Positions 1 to 14,362 are shown, counted from the first letter of the whole stretch. The stretch is 63,570 nucleotides of DNA, filler included, from Choristocarpus tenellus KU-1152 (GCA_964200185.2; 11 parts of 11 records of this genome joined end to end with filler, not necessarily neighbours in it), one strand, 5' to 3'. Notes: generated from the sequence alone by a model not told the origin. A program made the numbers and translations.

Positions 1-775
1 CTTTGGGGTGATCAAAGGATGCTGGAAGTATGAAAAAAAAAACTAGGCAGGGGGATGTAATTTAGTCCTTTGAAACAGTTGGGAGTTATCTCAAGTTTGT
101 CCACAGCAATATACTTCTTGAATTGAGGTCTATGTAGGACCATGCAATTGGCAAACCTCTTGTTATTCCTGCCACGCCAAGATATACGTTCCGGGAGAAA
201 AAATCGAAGCAAAACATGCTCTATACAGTTAACATGAGGACAATAAGTCAGCATTACAAGAATGGTAAGTTGAACCTCCCACACTCTTGTCATGATGAAC
301 ATGAAACAGATGTTCTACACAGAGCAAGCCAAAGCATGGCATTGGCGCCAGGACAATTTTTCCGATCATATTGAGCTCATGGTCAAATTGCAAGAGTATG
401 CCGTATGAGTTTAAAATATGAAACTTTGGCAATACTACTGCATATTTTCTTGAAATACAGTCCTTTCCTTTCAAACAAGCCTCCTCATGTTGTCACGAGG
501 TGTAAAATATGTCCAAGTAGCAAGGGGTGCCTGGGATAACATTGTGGCATCCCCTCTCTGGGGCAGGGGTTACACTAGTGCTGTGTTTTCAAAAACTACA
601 ACAATCCAACATGATGCACACAAATTCAAAAACATTTCAAAGTGACACAGCAATTGACTACGACAGCAAAGACGACTATTGACACTACTTTTTTGCAGTT
701 TGGAAAAATGCTGATATTAGTGTTCATCAGGAACACCCCTTTTGTCCTGCCTTCCATGACCCTCACTGCACCTAC

Positions 776-2628
776 CTCCATTGGTTGATTTGAACACGTC
801 GTTTCTGCATCGCATGCCGTTGTACCTCTCATCATCTTCTGGCCATCCCCCGAACCCCCCCATCACGTACATCGTCTCATTGAATCCCCATCCAATCTCT
901 TCACTGAACACTGGTAGGGAGTGCTTGATGACTGCTACCGCTGAGGATGGGAAAAGGTGTTTCGTCTGGTCACACAAGATGAGTCACGCATTGAGATTGG
1001 AGTTGGGGTCTGATGATGGAAAGGCTGTTCCTCCCATTTGTAAGGTTTCTGCAAATAGCTTTTACAGTAGGCTACACATGAGAGCCAGGTCCATAATTCC
1101 CTCTGACATGCTCACCATGTCCAGCCCGTGGAGAGAATGGAACAGCATCTCGTCCCACCATTTTTTCCCACACAAACACCCACTTCCCATGTCTTGTCTC
1201 ACTAATATTCTTTGATGCCCAAATGTCATTGGTTAGAGGGGAGCCACCCACAATGAAGATCCTGTGCATTTATTGATGGAGATTATTGTCAATATTTGTT
1301 CAAGTCGTTCTGCAATTGACTTGAGACAGAGCAACTGCACCCGCAACTGCACAACTTGCTTTTGCTATTGGACATGTACACTCCCGAGTATATATCTTGC
1401 TATGATATGTTATCCAAATTTATTGCTGAAGGTACAGTAGTATGTTCTGCTGATATAGTGTTGAATGCCAAATATCCAAGTAGATATCAAATATCTATGC
1501 ATGATATCATCATGTAGAAAATCAATCTCATTCTCAACTACTGCAACAAGCGCACATATGCACTACATCAGTAGCAGGAGTATTCAATAATTATTTTTTG
1601 TCAGAAATCTTTCACACGAAAGTCCTCACCTGTCTCGGAAGACAGTGCTTGCATGCCAAGCGCGTTCTGTCCAATTAGCATGGCCTGCAAAACGCCAGTC
1701 ACCTTGTAGAACAGCGGCATATGATTCAGCAATGTGCATTGTATTTCGCATATTTAGTTGTATTCCGGATAAGGTGTGTCTATCATGCTCCTTATGGAAC
1801 CACAAAGCTATCGTCCATAACCCACCGCATTTCAACGTGAAGAAAATCTCATGTATTTTAAGTATAAGGGACTGAGAGCCTAACATCCCCCTAGAAGTAT
1901 TTTTCCTCTAACGGAAAGAAATTGAACCAGTTTACCATGCAGGTCTCTGATCCGTATCCAAGATTCGTATTTCCCTTCACTCAGCACAATTCTACAGATT
2001 GTCACTTTATCCCAGGTGAAGACCATCCAAACTCCACTTACTGCCATCTTTCGTTATCCAAACATCATTGTTGGCATCTGGCGTGTAACCCCCAGCAAGA
2101 ATCATCAGCTCGATGGTGGTTCCATTGAAGGTGGTGACATTGAGAACGTCCAAGGTGTGTCCAAATCTTGCGTACCAGGGTGCAAGTGAGCCAGGATTCA
2201 AGGCATCAAAATTTTGCTCCTCGAAGTCGCCTGTGAGGTTTACAGTCTGCGCCCAGGTTGCTCCATAATCACTGGAGGTCCAGACATCTCCCCGACGATG
2301 AGTATATTCGAGGTTATACGCTTGATATAGCTCGCTACGACCACCAACGACCCAAAGCTTGTCCTTGAATACTGCTGTTGCATGACCTGTGATGGGATGC
2401 AAGATATGAGATAGCGAAAGGGTCAATACGTGTATATTGGTTTTCTCTGTGTGGGCAGGGCGATGGTAGAAGCAGCCGATCCTTACCATGACGACCCGTG
2501 AAGGAGTCATCCTCTGCGTTTTGTTGAATCCAGCTCGTGGCTGGCAACGCGTATTGTGTTGCGTTCGTACATATGTATGGAAAGAGGATCAGAACTTTGA
2601 CGGGCAGAGTTTCAGCAAACCCTCCCAT
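776..2628 (-). CDS. Kelch/beta-propeller repeat protein, 3'-partial (exons approx. 2628-2487, 2386-2042, 1704-1630, 1261-1116, 941-776)
   Basis: Phase-compatible GT-AG exons give repeated Kelch motifs: FTGRHGHATAVFKDKLWVVGG, WYARFGHTLDV..MILAGG..NNDVW, WTERAWHASTVFRDRIFIVGG..TNDIW, FSPRAGHAVAV..MYVMGG..RNDVFKS. The start codon is tentative. Confidence 0.8.
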
Positions 2629-3633
2629 TGAATTGGTTTACGGGAGTCTTTGCTGCCAATGGGATGCCTTCCTGCTGATGGTGGTCAGGAACTATCTTAT
2701 CTCGCTGTGATCCTGCATCTGTGGATCTCGCGTGGAAGTTGACAGGTGCCAGAAAATATTATAAAACAGTTGATCAACTTATGAAAATGTGCACAGTTTC
2801 AAAGGTATGCACCTCCAGGTGAGAATATAAGCGAGGTTTTATTGTCAATAAAAGTTAGTACCATTCTCTTTATTCTATTATGGAATTAATACGATTTTTT
2901 CAATTTAATATTTTATACCTCTTCTCTTACTAAACCCCACCTCATCAAATATTTCTGAATAACACTTCCACAACAATTTGACCATAATTAGCAAACCACC
3001 CTTTTCCATTATTGCCTACCCTGTGACCCAAACACGTGCGCAGAAGCATACAGGTGAGGAACTATTGAAAGCTATATTGTGATATTAATAGGTATGGGAT
3101 GTGCGCTTTTGTTTTGCATCAATTGGTGGTGAGAAGGGGGCACTGCAATAATGACAAATGACCAAAGTTCATCTTCAAGAAGACCCCAAAGTGAAGTATG
3201 CTTTGCGCTGAGAAACTTTCCATCTCTACTCCGTTTCTATTTGCGGTGTAAACTTCAAATCTTTCCACCTAGATTGATCGTGCCTTCCTCTGAATCGTTG
3301 GTGGATATGAAATGGGACTTCAACAATCCTCCGACTAAGACCGCTGACCACACACCTTAAGTCACTTTTTTGACCATTTAGCGTTATGATTTTTTCAGAC
3401 CGTTGTTCTTAAGATCTATACAAGTACCAAGTAGGTCAAAGACCGGATTAGGGGCTAATGGCCGCCATTCTGGTTGTTGGTACGCGTGTGATAATCTCCT
3501 ATTGCTGCTTGATACGAAGCTCTTTTGGTCTCATTTCATCACCTGCAGCATTTCTCATGTATCACCAGGACCACCACCTCCTTACTCATCTGCCAAGCTC
3601 TCAAAATTTGTTGTCGGGGAGGTTTGCTCCAGT

Positions 3634-3755
3634 ATGGGCGATAACGGGCAATACAGCCTGGTGGAGCATGGGGTTGTGGCATTGAAGAAAGCTATAGCAC
3701 TCGAAGAGGCCGAGAATATAGAAGAAGCTGTTGACTCCTTCAAGGTCAGTGCGCT

Positions 3756-3834
<79 letters not shown>

Positions 3835-6800
3835 TCTTAGGGCCATCTATTTGCAGTGTCGCAACGGCTCTACTCATAATACCCTGTGGTAATTCACCTC
3901 GTTCCCACAAATATGAAATTTTCCAATATTTGACAGTGTTAAACCAGGACCAAAAAGAATGAACTTCTGTCCCATCACACCCAATTGGGCACTGAGTGCC
4001 TAACGAAGATGTTTTCGTTGGTGGCATCCTTCATCCCTTTCCCACATCCCCACAACCCAACTTTGTACCGTAACATAAGCTCTTCATGGAGTGGAGAGTC
4101 TGAGTTTGCACTGTTACTTTGACATTTGTCACGGATTCGTTGAGAACTCCCAACCCACCCACAGAGTCGTCGTTCCCTTTTCCATTCTTCTCACACACCC
4201 TTTGATAACCTCTGTCTTCTCGCCTGTTTGGACTAGATTACCGACCATTCCCATGTCCTGCTGTTGGAGGACTCACCAATGGTACCCTGGATTGAAGCAT
4301 CCTGCATTGAACTTGAAAATGCCTTATTATGGTCCCATACTACACCCCCCACAGGATGCAGTGGAGTGCTTCACAACGGCCTTAAGAGAGCCAGGCATAA
4401 AGATTGAAACACGGAAAACACTTTTGGAAAATATCAAGCACTACAAGAAAAAAATTCAAGATATGGAACTGGCCAGTAGCTTAGAGAAGAAGATGCCCTC
4501 AGTGCCAATGTCACGTCCGGTTTCAAAATCAGAAGCGGCTCAAGACCCTGAAAAGGCAGGCAAGTGTGATAATTTACTAGTGACAAGTTCAGGTCATTTG
4601 TTTTGTGGTATGGTCATGGTGGAACAACAGTAGCGTTTCGCTGAAGAGCTGGAATTTGAACAAAGGAACCTAATCCTTATATTGCTCGTGAGCTTTGGGA
4701 TAGAGTTTGGGACAAGGAATGTTAGGATGGCGAGGAAAGACTTTTGTGTGTTTGTGCTGTGTTGCTCCAACAGTAGTGTGGTGCAGTGTACAATATACCA
4801 CATTTCTTATTACTTTTGTTGTGACTTGTTACATAGTGATATATCTGCAGCATGGTATGCTAATACACCTTGATGTTAACCTTGGTAGAAAGACTTTACC
4901 TGGCAAGTCTTTTTCCTGTAGAAGTTGTGGGAGTGGATGGTTGTGCAATGACCTGTTTTTATGATGGTCTGCTCTTCACTCTCTGAGGGCAAGGACAAAC
5001 CAATACTTGCACATGTGTTGCAGTTGAAATCTTGTTTGTTTGTTTTTTCTGAGATATCACTGTATCACTGTGGCAGATAGCTGCACCGAAGGAGGATAAC
5101 TGATATAGAATTGAGGGGTCCAGGTCATGACCTCAAGGAAATGTGTACATTGAGATGACTACTTGGGGAGATTCATGACTAGTGGAGTGATGGCCTCCAG
5201 ATTAAGCTGGGTAGCACCCTGACCTCTGATTTATTAGCAGTTTTTAGCAACATGTATTGATTTCTCTATGCCTTCCAAGGTCGCTATTCCTACAGTATCT
5301 ACAAACAATTACCTAGCACTCTGTGTGGCTGAATCCATAGGTTACCTTATGCTACAGAGTATATTTGGCATGCTCTTGTATTGTCTGCATAGTGTGTATA
5401 ACGTTGCAATTACGGTTCCAATTGGTGCAGAGACAAGAGCAAGGGGACTCTTGAGTGCAGCAATGGATCTCCATGTGAAAGGGAAGGAGGTCAACTGGAA
5501 TGAACCCCCAGATGAAGAGAGAGTCTGCATAGCATACATGGATGCAGCCGAGGTTAGTTGGGTACAGTGAGGTTATGAAGGCGTTCTCGTTGGGTTGTGA
5601 CATATATGCAACTTTGAAGTATACTGTTGTATTATGCTATGGTAGGGAATGAGTTAAGGTTAGGGTTGAAGCTATTGCTGTATGTTAGGGTCAGGGTTAC
5701 GATTTTGTTTAGTGTGATGTTAGAGTTAGGCTTTCAATAGAGATTTGTTAGCAACAGTATTGATAGTTATTTCCAAGTGCAGTAGAAGTGGGGAGAGCAT
5801 TGTCGTGGCTCTGTGATTACACCATCAGTGTTCCATGCTCGAATTTCATGGGTTTGAAGTCCCTAGACACCAGATTTCTTTTCAAGGAAATGGGCTTCGA
5901 TTATACAAAGTCCGCATGGTGATCACTACATGGATTATATACATCTACTATCATATCTGTTGCTATGCGACAAAAACGAGGGAAACTTAAAACAAGGTGG
6001 CAAGGGTTAATCGCGGATTAACCCCAAGGTGGGTCAAGCGTGAGGTTCAAGGGAGGAGGCAAAGCACTGGGCGGTGGGACAGCTTGGACCCAGTATGAGA
6101 GAAGCAAGGCATGAGGGGGGCAATACAACTAGGTGTAGTAGTGGTGGAGTGTGTGGGGGGCCTCTGTCCTTGTGTCAGGATGGTCCCCAGACTAGAGTGA
6201 ATGTGATAATGATAGTACAATAAGGTGCAGTGGTTTAGGGCTAGGGTCAGGATTTTGAGAGGTCAGGGTGGCATTACAGTGAAGTGCTTATGGGTTAGGG
6301 TTAGGGCTAGCATTAGGTTTGTGGTTGGGATTGAGATTGGGGTTATAGTGAGGGATTGCGTTGTTACAGGCATAATGTACATATGTACATATACATACAC
6401 ACTCTTACGTGCTTACTATTGTCCCTTCTATGCAGAAGCTCCTTTTATAACGGGATTTAAAGGCAACATGTTGAGAAATCCCCAAAGAAAGAAACAGTAA
6501 TTAAGTTTATACCACATAGTGCCTTTTGACAGTTCTACGTATACCCTTGTAGAATTCTAGTTATTCCGGCATATTGCTATTGCTGTGAGAAAATGTGTAG
6601 GTTGTGAGTGCATTGAAATATTGGGGAGTAACAGGGGTGAGCAACAGCTATTACTATTGTTATATCGTGTAGTATTTTCAGTCATTTTCATAATTAGGGT
6701 TAGGGTTACTGGTAGTCAAGTGCACATTGAGTGAGAATGAGTATCGCACCCCTGCAACAACGTGATTGGTGTAACTATGAGATGCTCTTAATACTGGTGT

Positions 6801-8788
6801 AACTGTGAGATGCTCTTCCTTTTGTTCGATCTTCCTATCAATTCCATTGAGAGTACGTTGGGATTAGGGTTAGGGTTTAGTATTTTTCACCGAGGTAAGA
6901 TCGGACTCTTGACTTCCATCGTGGTGTGATCGACATACTGCCGTTTATATGATTTGTTTGGGAATAGTAACAATAAGATAGTAATGGTAATATGTTGTCT
7001 AAAGGCGAAAAATGTGACTTATTTCAGAGTCGATTAGAACAGTCCTAACCCTTTTGCATTGGGGTGTGGTGTGAGATAGCATTAACCAGTATAAGCACAT
7101 TTTTCTTATTTTTAGGATCCAATAATTGAACCATTAAAAAAAATAAATGTAGTGATTAACCTCTTTGGGGGGTTAAATATCTAAATATATCAGTAACTGT
7201 CTCATCCTTGAAGTGGTTGGTACCACCACCACCATTGAGGGACACGGAGCCATGTAGGAACTGTGAACGTAAAACAATAATAATAACAATAATAATAATG
7301 ATAATAATAATAATGACAAAAAAAGAAGGAATAACCTCGTACATAGCAAGCAATGTAACTGCCAAAGTTCACAACCGCAAACAACACCGTGCGCTCTACT
7401 CTCATGTTTCAAAAGCCTGTTGATAAAAGGAATATAATGACCCCCTCAGAAAGTGAAAGTGGCCTCGCCCACTTCCAGAGTTTCTGCATCTGATAGGTGT
7501 GTGAGAATTTAGTGTGATTGGCATGATTGGCATGGTTGGTGAGACTCTCAGCACGCGAGGGAGGGGGAGTTGATATCAGTGGCACTGAGAGTCAAACCCT
7601 CTTCATGGGTATGGTGATATGGCGATATTAGAGCCCTGGGTCTGTAGTTCCAATGTGCATGCCCTCTGTTACGCCATGTGTGCATCTCATTTCAACCAAT
7701 TATTTTGAGACTGGCTCTACACCTAGCTGCTGTTTATATTGTCTGTCTGTCTATGCAACTCTCTACAGTACATGGCCCCTTGAAGGTTGGGTGACCCTAC
7801 CGTGCGTGACTGTTCTCGTCCATTTGCCATGCAAGAGCGCACTCGGTCCTCTACTAGTATAGAGAAATAGAAATAGAAAAATCCCGGCATGTTCTCTGAA
7901 CGAATGAGATGCGAGACAGTGAGCAGGTGTAGGAGGAGGCCAGCGAAGAGGTTGTAGCGGAGGTCTAGGTGTAGGTTCTCCGATAGAGCTCTAGGGCTTG
8001 AGATTGGGATTGGTGTAAGGTGAGGTCAATGAGTGATGTGAGTGGTGTGTGTGATGTTCACGCCTGCAAACGCGTGAGAGAAGAGCCGGTGCCAATATTT
8101 TATGCAGGAGGCATGAATGATCTAGGGAGTACACGCTCGATACAGAGAGCCGGTGCTCACAGTAAAGAGGAATATTCAAGAATGAGTCATTGGCACGAGA
8201 ACATGAGTGAGGATTAGAGCCGGTGCTGGTATCTCGCGGTTGACAGACAAAAACACTGGGTCTATTTTGCACAATTGGGTGTGAAATAGCATATCGTTTT
8301 TCGTCGTTTTTCTGGTGTGCTAGTGCTGTGGTAGTGCAGTGTGTAATTCATGTATCGTGAACATAAAAAAAAAAAAATTGGCTCTATTTGAGATATCCAC
8401 TTGGTATTCTGAGTACGTATTATTAGTATCATGTGTATACTTTTTTTGTTTCGTTTTGTTTTATTTTATTTGTGTAACTGTTTTGTTTACTTTTTTTTTA
8501 CGTGACTCGCCTCATCGACCCTCAGGCTCTCAAGTCTGCCGTGAAACTCCTACGGAATGCCTCCCCTGCCGCCACAGCAAGTGCCTACTCAGACCGGGCC
8601 AAGGTTCTGGAGGAACTGACCACTCAAACTCTGGACACAGCCAGTGATCTTCTGTCGCAGAAAACGGCAAAGGCTGGGGGTAGGGCCAGTGCAGCTGCTT
8701 CTGCTAAGCCTCGAGCTCCACCATCGAAGTCTCCCATTGGGTACCCAAGATCTCCTGTGCCATATAGGAAGCCAACAGCACCACCGAA
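3634..8788 (+). CDS. Tandem MIT-domain protein, N-terminal part (exons 3634-3744, 4355-4559, 5431-5552, 8526-8788); calpain-7/PalB-like architecture possible
   Basis: The spliced product has two MIT-like helical units: ALKKAIALEEAENIEEAVDSFKDAVECFTTAL and ARGLLSAAMDL..VCIAYMDAAEALKSAVK. Exon phases join correctly, and intron 2 uses a GC donor. The gene is cut off by the contig end. Confidence 0.7.
3760..3831. repeat. Compound microsatellite (CT)n(CA)n in intron 1 of the MIT gene
   Basis: Read directly from the sequence. Confidence 0.95.
7275..7315. repeat. (AAT)n microsatellite
   Basis: Read directly from the sequence. Confidence 0.9.
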
Positions 8789-9150
8789 GTGAGCTTGAAG
8801 CGTTTGAATTGATGTTTTGTCATGTGGCTGGGTGTGGAGGGGTAGGTATCTCTTTTGGGTGTTCTGTGCATAAGATGGTAGGAGTTGGTAGGCAGAAAGA
8901 AGGCTGTGGGTATCTGCGTAGCTAATCTTCATATACCGCCGTATGCCATTCCCATATTACCTGGTCTGTGTTGCTATGATGTTAAACCACCCCGCCTTCC
9001 CCACCTCTCTGTCTATTTAGGTGGAGATTGGGGAGATTTTTTCGTTTTTATTTTTATTTGTTGTATTTTTTTTGTTATTTTTTGTTATTTTTGAAGAGAC
9101 TGCACGCGGCTTGCCATTGTGCAACTGAGGGCGCTGCGTTGACACTGCTC

Positions 9151-9189
9151 TGGCAGTCAGGCAGTCAGGCAGTCAGGCAGTCAGGCAGT
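9151..9189. repeat. (GGCAGTCA)n 8-bp tandem repeat, about 4.5 copies
   Basis: Read directly from the sequence. Confidence 0.9.
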
Positions 9190-9601
9190 TGCAGTGGTTT
9201 TCTTCCGTGGACCCTAAAATTGTCTGCCAAAAACATAAAATATCGTATTACATCTCACCCCAATAGGGCTGTCCTCATGTGATTACAGCATCTCTACAAT
9301 CGTAATAATAATAATAATAATAATTATTATTATAATTATAATTATAATGTAGTCATGATTGTGATTGGGATGTGAAGCGCTTGTAGCAGCAGTAAGGGTA
9401 TATGTACCTTTTTGTGTTTATGCTTTTATGTTTTTTCTTTTTGTTTCTTATCTGTGTGCCTGTGTGTGCCTTGAGTGTCTTTGAGTGTCTTGATGGTGGC
9501 ACTTGAAGTTTTTTCTCAGTAATAAATATATATATATATACATATGATAAAGATTGTCCAGAAGAGATTTTATCTAAAAAAGAAATAATTGAAGATGAAC
9601 T

Positions 9602-9701
9602 NNNNNNNNNNNNNNNNNNNNNNNNNNNNNNNNNNNNNNNNNNNNTTAATTAATTAANNNNNNNNNNNNNNNNNNNNNNNNNNNNNNNNNNNNNNNNNNN
9701 N
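9602..9701. other. Artificial contig linker N44-TTAATTAATTAA-N44. Also at 15182-15281, 22804-22903, 28966-29065, 34458-34557, 38476-38575, 46942-47041, 52632-52731, 56787-56886 and 60498-60597
   Basis: An identical 100-bp spacer occurs ten times. Its 12-mer places stop codons in all six frames. Confidence 0.98.
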
Positions 9702-9999
9702 GTAAGCTTTGAGGGGCGCCTGTAACATGTGCTGGCATGTTTCGGTTGGTCTAGGGTATTGTTCATATCCCACAGTAGTGAAGTGTTTGTCGTTTATCCC
9801 ATGTTTCTCATAACCAACTACTATGACCTTAGCACGGGTTTGATAAGGCTTGCTCTGCCACCCACACCTATCTCCCTAATACCCTCTTCACTCCCAATGC
9901 TTGATCTGGATGTGAACCTTCTCACACATACACACAGAGACATCTGCGTTGAGGAATTTGCAGGTTCCTCTATACCAAGTACAGGTGAGGATCGATAAT

Positions 10000-11220
10000 A
10001 ACACCTGTTGTGGTGAAGAGGGTTTCCTGAGTAAACCAATTCGTTGCTTGTGCTATACGTATGTTGATTTTATAATTGTAGTTGGGTGAGTTACCCACCA
10101 GAGAAGGTGCAATCTACTGTAAAGACATGGTGCAGTGCTTGTCATTGCAGGGACATGGTTGAGGGGTGTTGGGATCCTGTTTGTTGTGATAGGTGATGGT
10201 GATTGCTGTTGACAACATGGCACAGTGTTCTTTTTGTGTCTTCTTTGGAGGTGATGTAGTGGGTCCATATAGAATTGAGTCCATAGGGGCATGCCTTTGA
10301 TCTAAGTGGAATCCCGGTACAGACTCTGCAACTGTGGAGCACTATCATTCGAGGTATTTCACAGGAGGTGGAAGCTGGAGTTCTCTTCCACACCCTACTA
10401 TTTGTGCTCACACTTGTTACCCTACATCTAGACCTTGAAGTGAAGTGCAGCTGAACGCAAATGACATGTAACTGTTGTGAGTACTGCCAAGGTACTGTAC
10501 CCAATCTAAAAATGATGAAAAGTACGAAATGCCCCTTGGTTATGCAAAACTTTGTGGTAACCACATTCTCACGGATTGTCTAGGAAGGAAATAGAAGTGG
10601 AGTGATGTTGGGAGGACAGGGACGGTACACCCAATTGATGGAGAGGCTGGTAGACCTGGACCGCAGAGTTAGAACAGAGGTTGGACTTGTATCCAACCTC
10701 TGCAAGGCATGTGAGTGTGTGGTTCACTATAGAGCACTTTGAGGAGCTACAGAGTGCACTTAGTAGTTAATGTGGATATCCCGCTTTGAAGTGGTCTGTG
10801 CATGCCACCCCACTATGGCTGCATGCGGAAATATCCTTGTGCATTGTTTGCAACCCCTTGGCCCTTGGGGTGCCGCTCTTTCCTCTCACTGGCTTCTTTC
10901 CCATGAATGTTTCAATGAGTCAAGCACAGTTTAAACCGGGAGGTAGTGTGTGAGGATACCACAGGGTCGTGGGAAAACCTAGTGGAAGTCGCTCTTTATG
11001 GGCATGACAACAGGGAGTCGCTACAACCACTGCTTTCTGGTGAGTCCATGTAGCAACATGTTGAGTGTGTCTTAACCAAGAAGGCATGCATAGCTGATTG
11101 TGATCATCCTGGCATCAATATCAAGACCCTTGCAATTTACCAGCCCTAGCATCCCTTTCATGATGACATTGCACCACTCTACACCTTGAGCCTTTCAATA
11201 TAGTTGTATGATCTGCATAT
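10000..11220 (-). mobile_element. Highly degraded, possibly non-LTR retrotransposon-like coding remnant
   Basis: Coding-like composition with many stops and only weak echoes of RT motifs (KSDFH*VF, a PQG-like segment). Confidence 0.25.
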
Positions 11221-11282
11221 CAGTTATTATTGACAGTTACGCATGTCACTGACCGTTTCATGTTGGTTTGAAGTTCTCTCTC

Positions 11283-11337
<55 letters not shown>

Positions 11338-13030
11338 TTCCCTTCTTCCTCCCTCTTTTTTGTTTCTTTTTGTTTTTTTTTCTTTATATTTTNNNNNNNN
11401 NNCTCTCTTTTCTCTCCCCTCTTCCTTTTTTTTTTTTTTTTTCTCTCCCCCCCCCCCCCCCCCCCCCCCCTCTGAGTGCTGTTATTGGTCCCTTTTCCTT
11501 CTTGTGAAAGATGTGACTTGAATACTTGAATCTGTTTTAGTCAATAGGATTGCAATTTTTCAGTAGCGACATGATGCCTATTTATTTCTTGTCAGGATCG
11601 GCCCTAACCCAAACCCCAACACTGCAAAATCCTTGTCTCATTCTGTGTCTCCATGTGTCCATTAATCATACTTCCATTCAGACATAAACCATGTTGCTGC
11701 CATGGACAGAGGCAGGTACGCCAATGCACTGGCGCTGCTTGCTAGGGTTAGGGTTAGCTGGGATAGCCACAGCACAGCTAGAGAGGTTTAGCAGATGCAT
11801 GACAGTGAGTGCACTGTCAGGAACGGTGCTGAGCTGATATGCTAACATCATTATTGAGCAAACCTGAAGAAAAAACAGCTACTCTTCCACTGCACGGTTG
11901 TTCAAGCCATGCTAAGTGTATTCAGGTCGAGTGATGACTGCATCTTTGCCTACAAGCACCTCCAGGTCCTTACAAGATGACCTCTGGATTGCTATTAGCA
12001 GAAGGTGTTGTATATCTTTGTTGCGTCCTTGACCTTGCCTTTACCCTTGTTTCCTTGCTCATGTTTGTACAGTACTGCTGTCAAGTGCAATGGCCCAGCC
12101 TATGGTTCAGCCAAGCGATCCAGCCTCGGCTGTCTTGCCCTTGCCTCTCCTACCAGGATTTGCCGAGGTGAGGGAAGGGGAAAGGAGACAGGGGGTGCGG
12201 ACAGGGACAGGGAGGGTAGGAGGGGTCAGGGCTCAGCTCATAAGGCGTTGTTGCTCATGGGCAGATTGAGAGCCCGGTTGTAGCGTTGAAGTTGAACACA
12301 CATATTAGATTTGTTGTGTCCTCTACCAGTATTCACATCCCCATGACCAATGGAAAGTGAAGTCATGACTGTAGCAGGAGGTTTGCCATGACAAGAGGTG
12401 TTGCTGCTGAATAGGGGAGGCATGTTTGAGCACCGGACACCCCCTACCTCACTGCCTTCTCAAGGGGCAAGATAATTCTTGTATCAATGGAGCTCTTGAT
12501 TGCCATGCTGTCATTCATCCTTGGGAGGACTGACTGAATAGATTCCCCTCCCTCCTGCACATCCAGTTGATTGATATGTTCTTGGTCAAGAAAATGCACC
12601 CCAAAAGCTCTGTCATGGTTTTGAAGATTTGAGCTTCCACCAAGAGGTAGAATGAAGAACAAGAGGGTTGATTTTTTTCATCACCTTTGAAGGAGGCATT
12701 CCCTCAACTCCTACTGCCTAACCCCTGTACTTGTCCTTTCCTTTCCTGGCTGAGGTGCAGTCTACAGATCTATCCCTCTCTCTCTCTATGTGTGTATATA
12801 TATATTGTTATTTTTATTTATATATACATACGAGACACGTGTGCGTTAGTGAGAAACAGCAATACTTGAGAAATTTCCCACTAACATTTGTTGTTGATAT
12901 AAGGGGGGGGAGGTGTGGCATTTTTCTGATTAGGAACATTGAAGACCATCCTAGGTTGATCAAAAAGCAGAGTGGAATATGAAAAGTCTGAGGTAGAGAG
13001 AGATCTCACCGTTGAGGGTTTTGTCAATGG

Positions 13031-14362
13031 TTGATTGTTGTGTGATACAGGAGCCTGAGGGGGCCCTCCTCCATCACCAGGGTTTGGAGAGGGAACAGGA
13101 GGAGATGCTGGAGATCCCCACTACTGCTGTTGCTACTGGTACTGCCTCCACTACACTACATATTTCTCCAACAGAGGGAGAACCGGAGGAGGGAACTGAG
13201 GAGGACGAAGAGGCTTATGGAGAAGATGAAGAGGGTGGAGGGGGTGGCCTCCCTCCCAGCATAGAAGGAGGTGAGAGGGCCTTGTGGTTGCCCATGTTAC
13301 GTATTGAATTTTCGTTTTTGTGCATCTGAAGTTTTGTGGGCGTCTTGAAACTGCCAGTGATAACTTTGCCTCTAGTGTGTGTTTTGCAGTTATCAGTTGC
13401 TCGTTTCAACTTGCAACTTAGTTGTGTGCAACAACAGTCCTCAAGTCCTATTGTATTAGTAGTAGAGTGGTTCTTGAACACATCAAAGATGTCTGGAAGC
13501 TGCGGCTTGACACTTGCATACCTGTTTACTTGATATGGTTTGCATATTTTGTTGGGGAAAACATGTTCACACTCGGAAAAGTGTTTACCTTTTGTCTACA
13601 TATTGTTTCTGTCAGATTTCCTTTGGGCTGGTTCTGTGGTGGCATTCCTAACTGACGCGTACACACAAACATAAAGACATAGTACTATGCCTAATGGTAG
13701 TGACCTAAGCAAGTGCACCGACACTGGCTCTACTGTTGTTGGTAAGAATCACCACTCAGTGTCATAGTGTATTTGTGTTGGGTACATGTTGATACTCTCT
13801 CTATTTGAACACCATGCTTTTTTTCAGGGAAGCACTGGCGCATGGTGTGGTGGCAGGGATACCAGTGGAGGCAAGAGTTGACGAGTTCGAGGACAGGGAG
13901 GTGAGCCAACGCAGTGGTGGGTGTTAGATGACAACAGGCTCATTCTTGTGTTATGAGGGAACATGCAGGAGTGGGGATGGGGGGTTTAAATGTTATGTTA
14001 CAGGTTACAGGCGATGGTGAAGACCGCCAACACTTTCCCATTGCCTCTTGATTGTGCTCAAGCGCAAACCTTATGAGTTATTCAGTGCCCTTGTGCTCTT
14101 TTGTGCCCTTCCCTTGTGCATTTGTGATTTCCTTTCCCTTTCCCATTTTTTTGTTTTTGCTCTGGTTTGTTGGGGGGGGGGGAGGGGGGGTAACGGGGGC
14201 TTGACGAATGTTGACACATCCAGATTGTTCTTGAAGAGACCCTGACTTGGCTGGAGAACCGTGGCTGATCTGGAGTTGCATCAGGCAACTTTGGATGCCA
14301 GGAACGAGGACCTATCAACACAAGAGGTTGCCCTGCAAGCAAGGGAGTGGATGCTGCAGGGG
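13031..14362 (+). pseudogene. Putative exons of an acidic/coiled-coil protein, apparently disrupted (13031-13270, 13828-13900, from 14224)
   Basis: AG/GT-bounded Glu-rich segments are present, but their phases do not join cleanly and the third has a frameshift or stop. Confidence 0.3.

Noticed and set aside
11243-11521. Poly-proline ORFs (also the poly-Ile/Leu ORFs at 7156-7423 and 28136-28404 and the repeat ORFs at 14715-15229)
   Set aside because: These are translations of poly-C tracts, microsatellites or the minisatellite.
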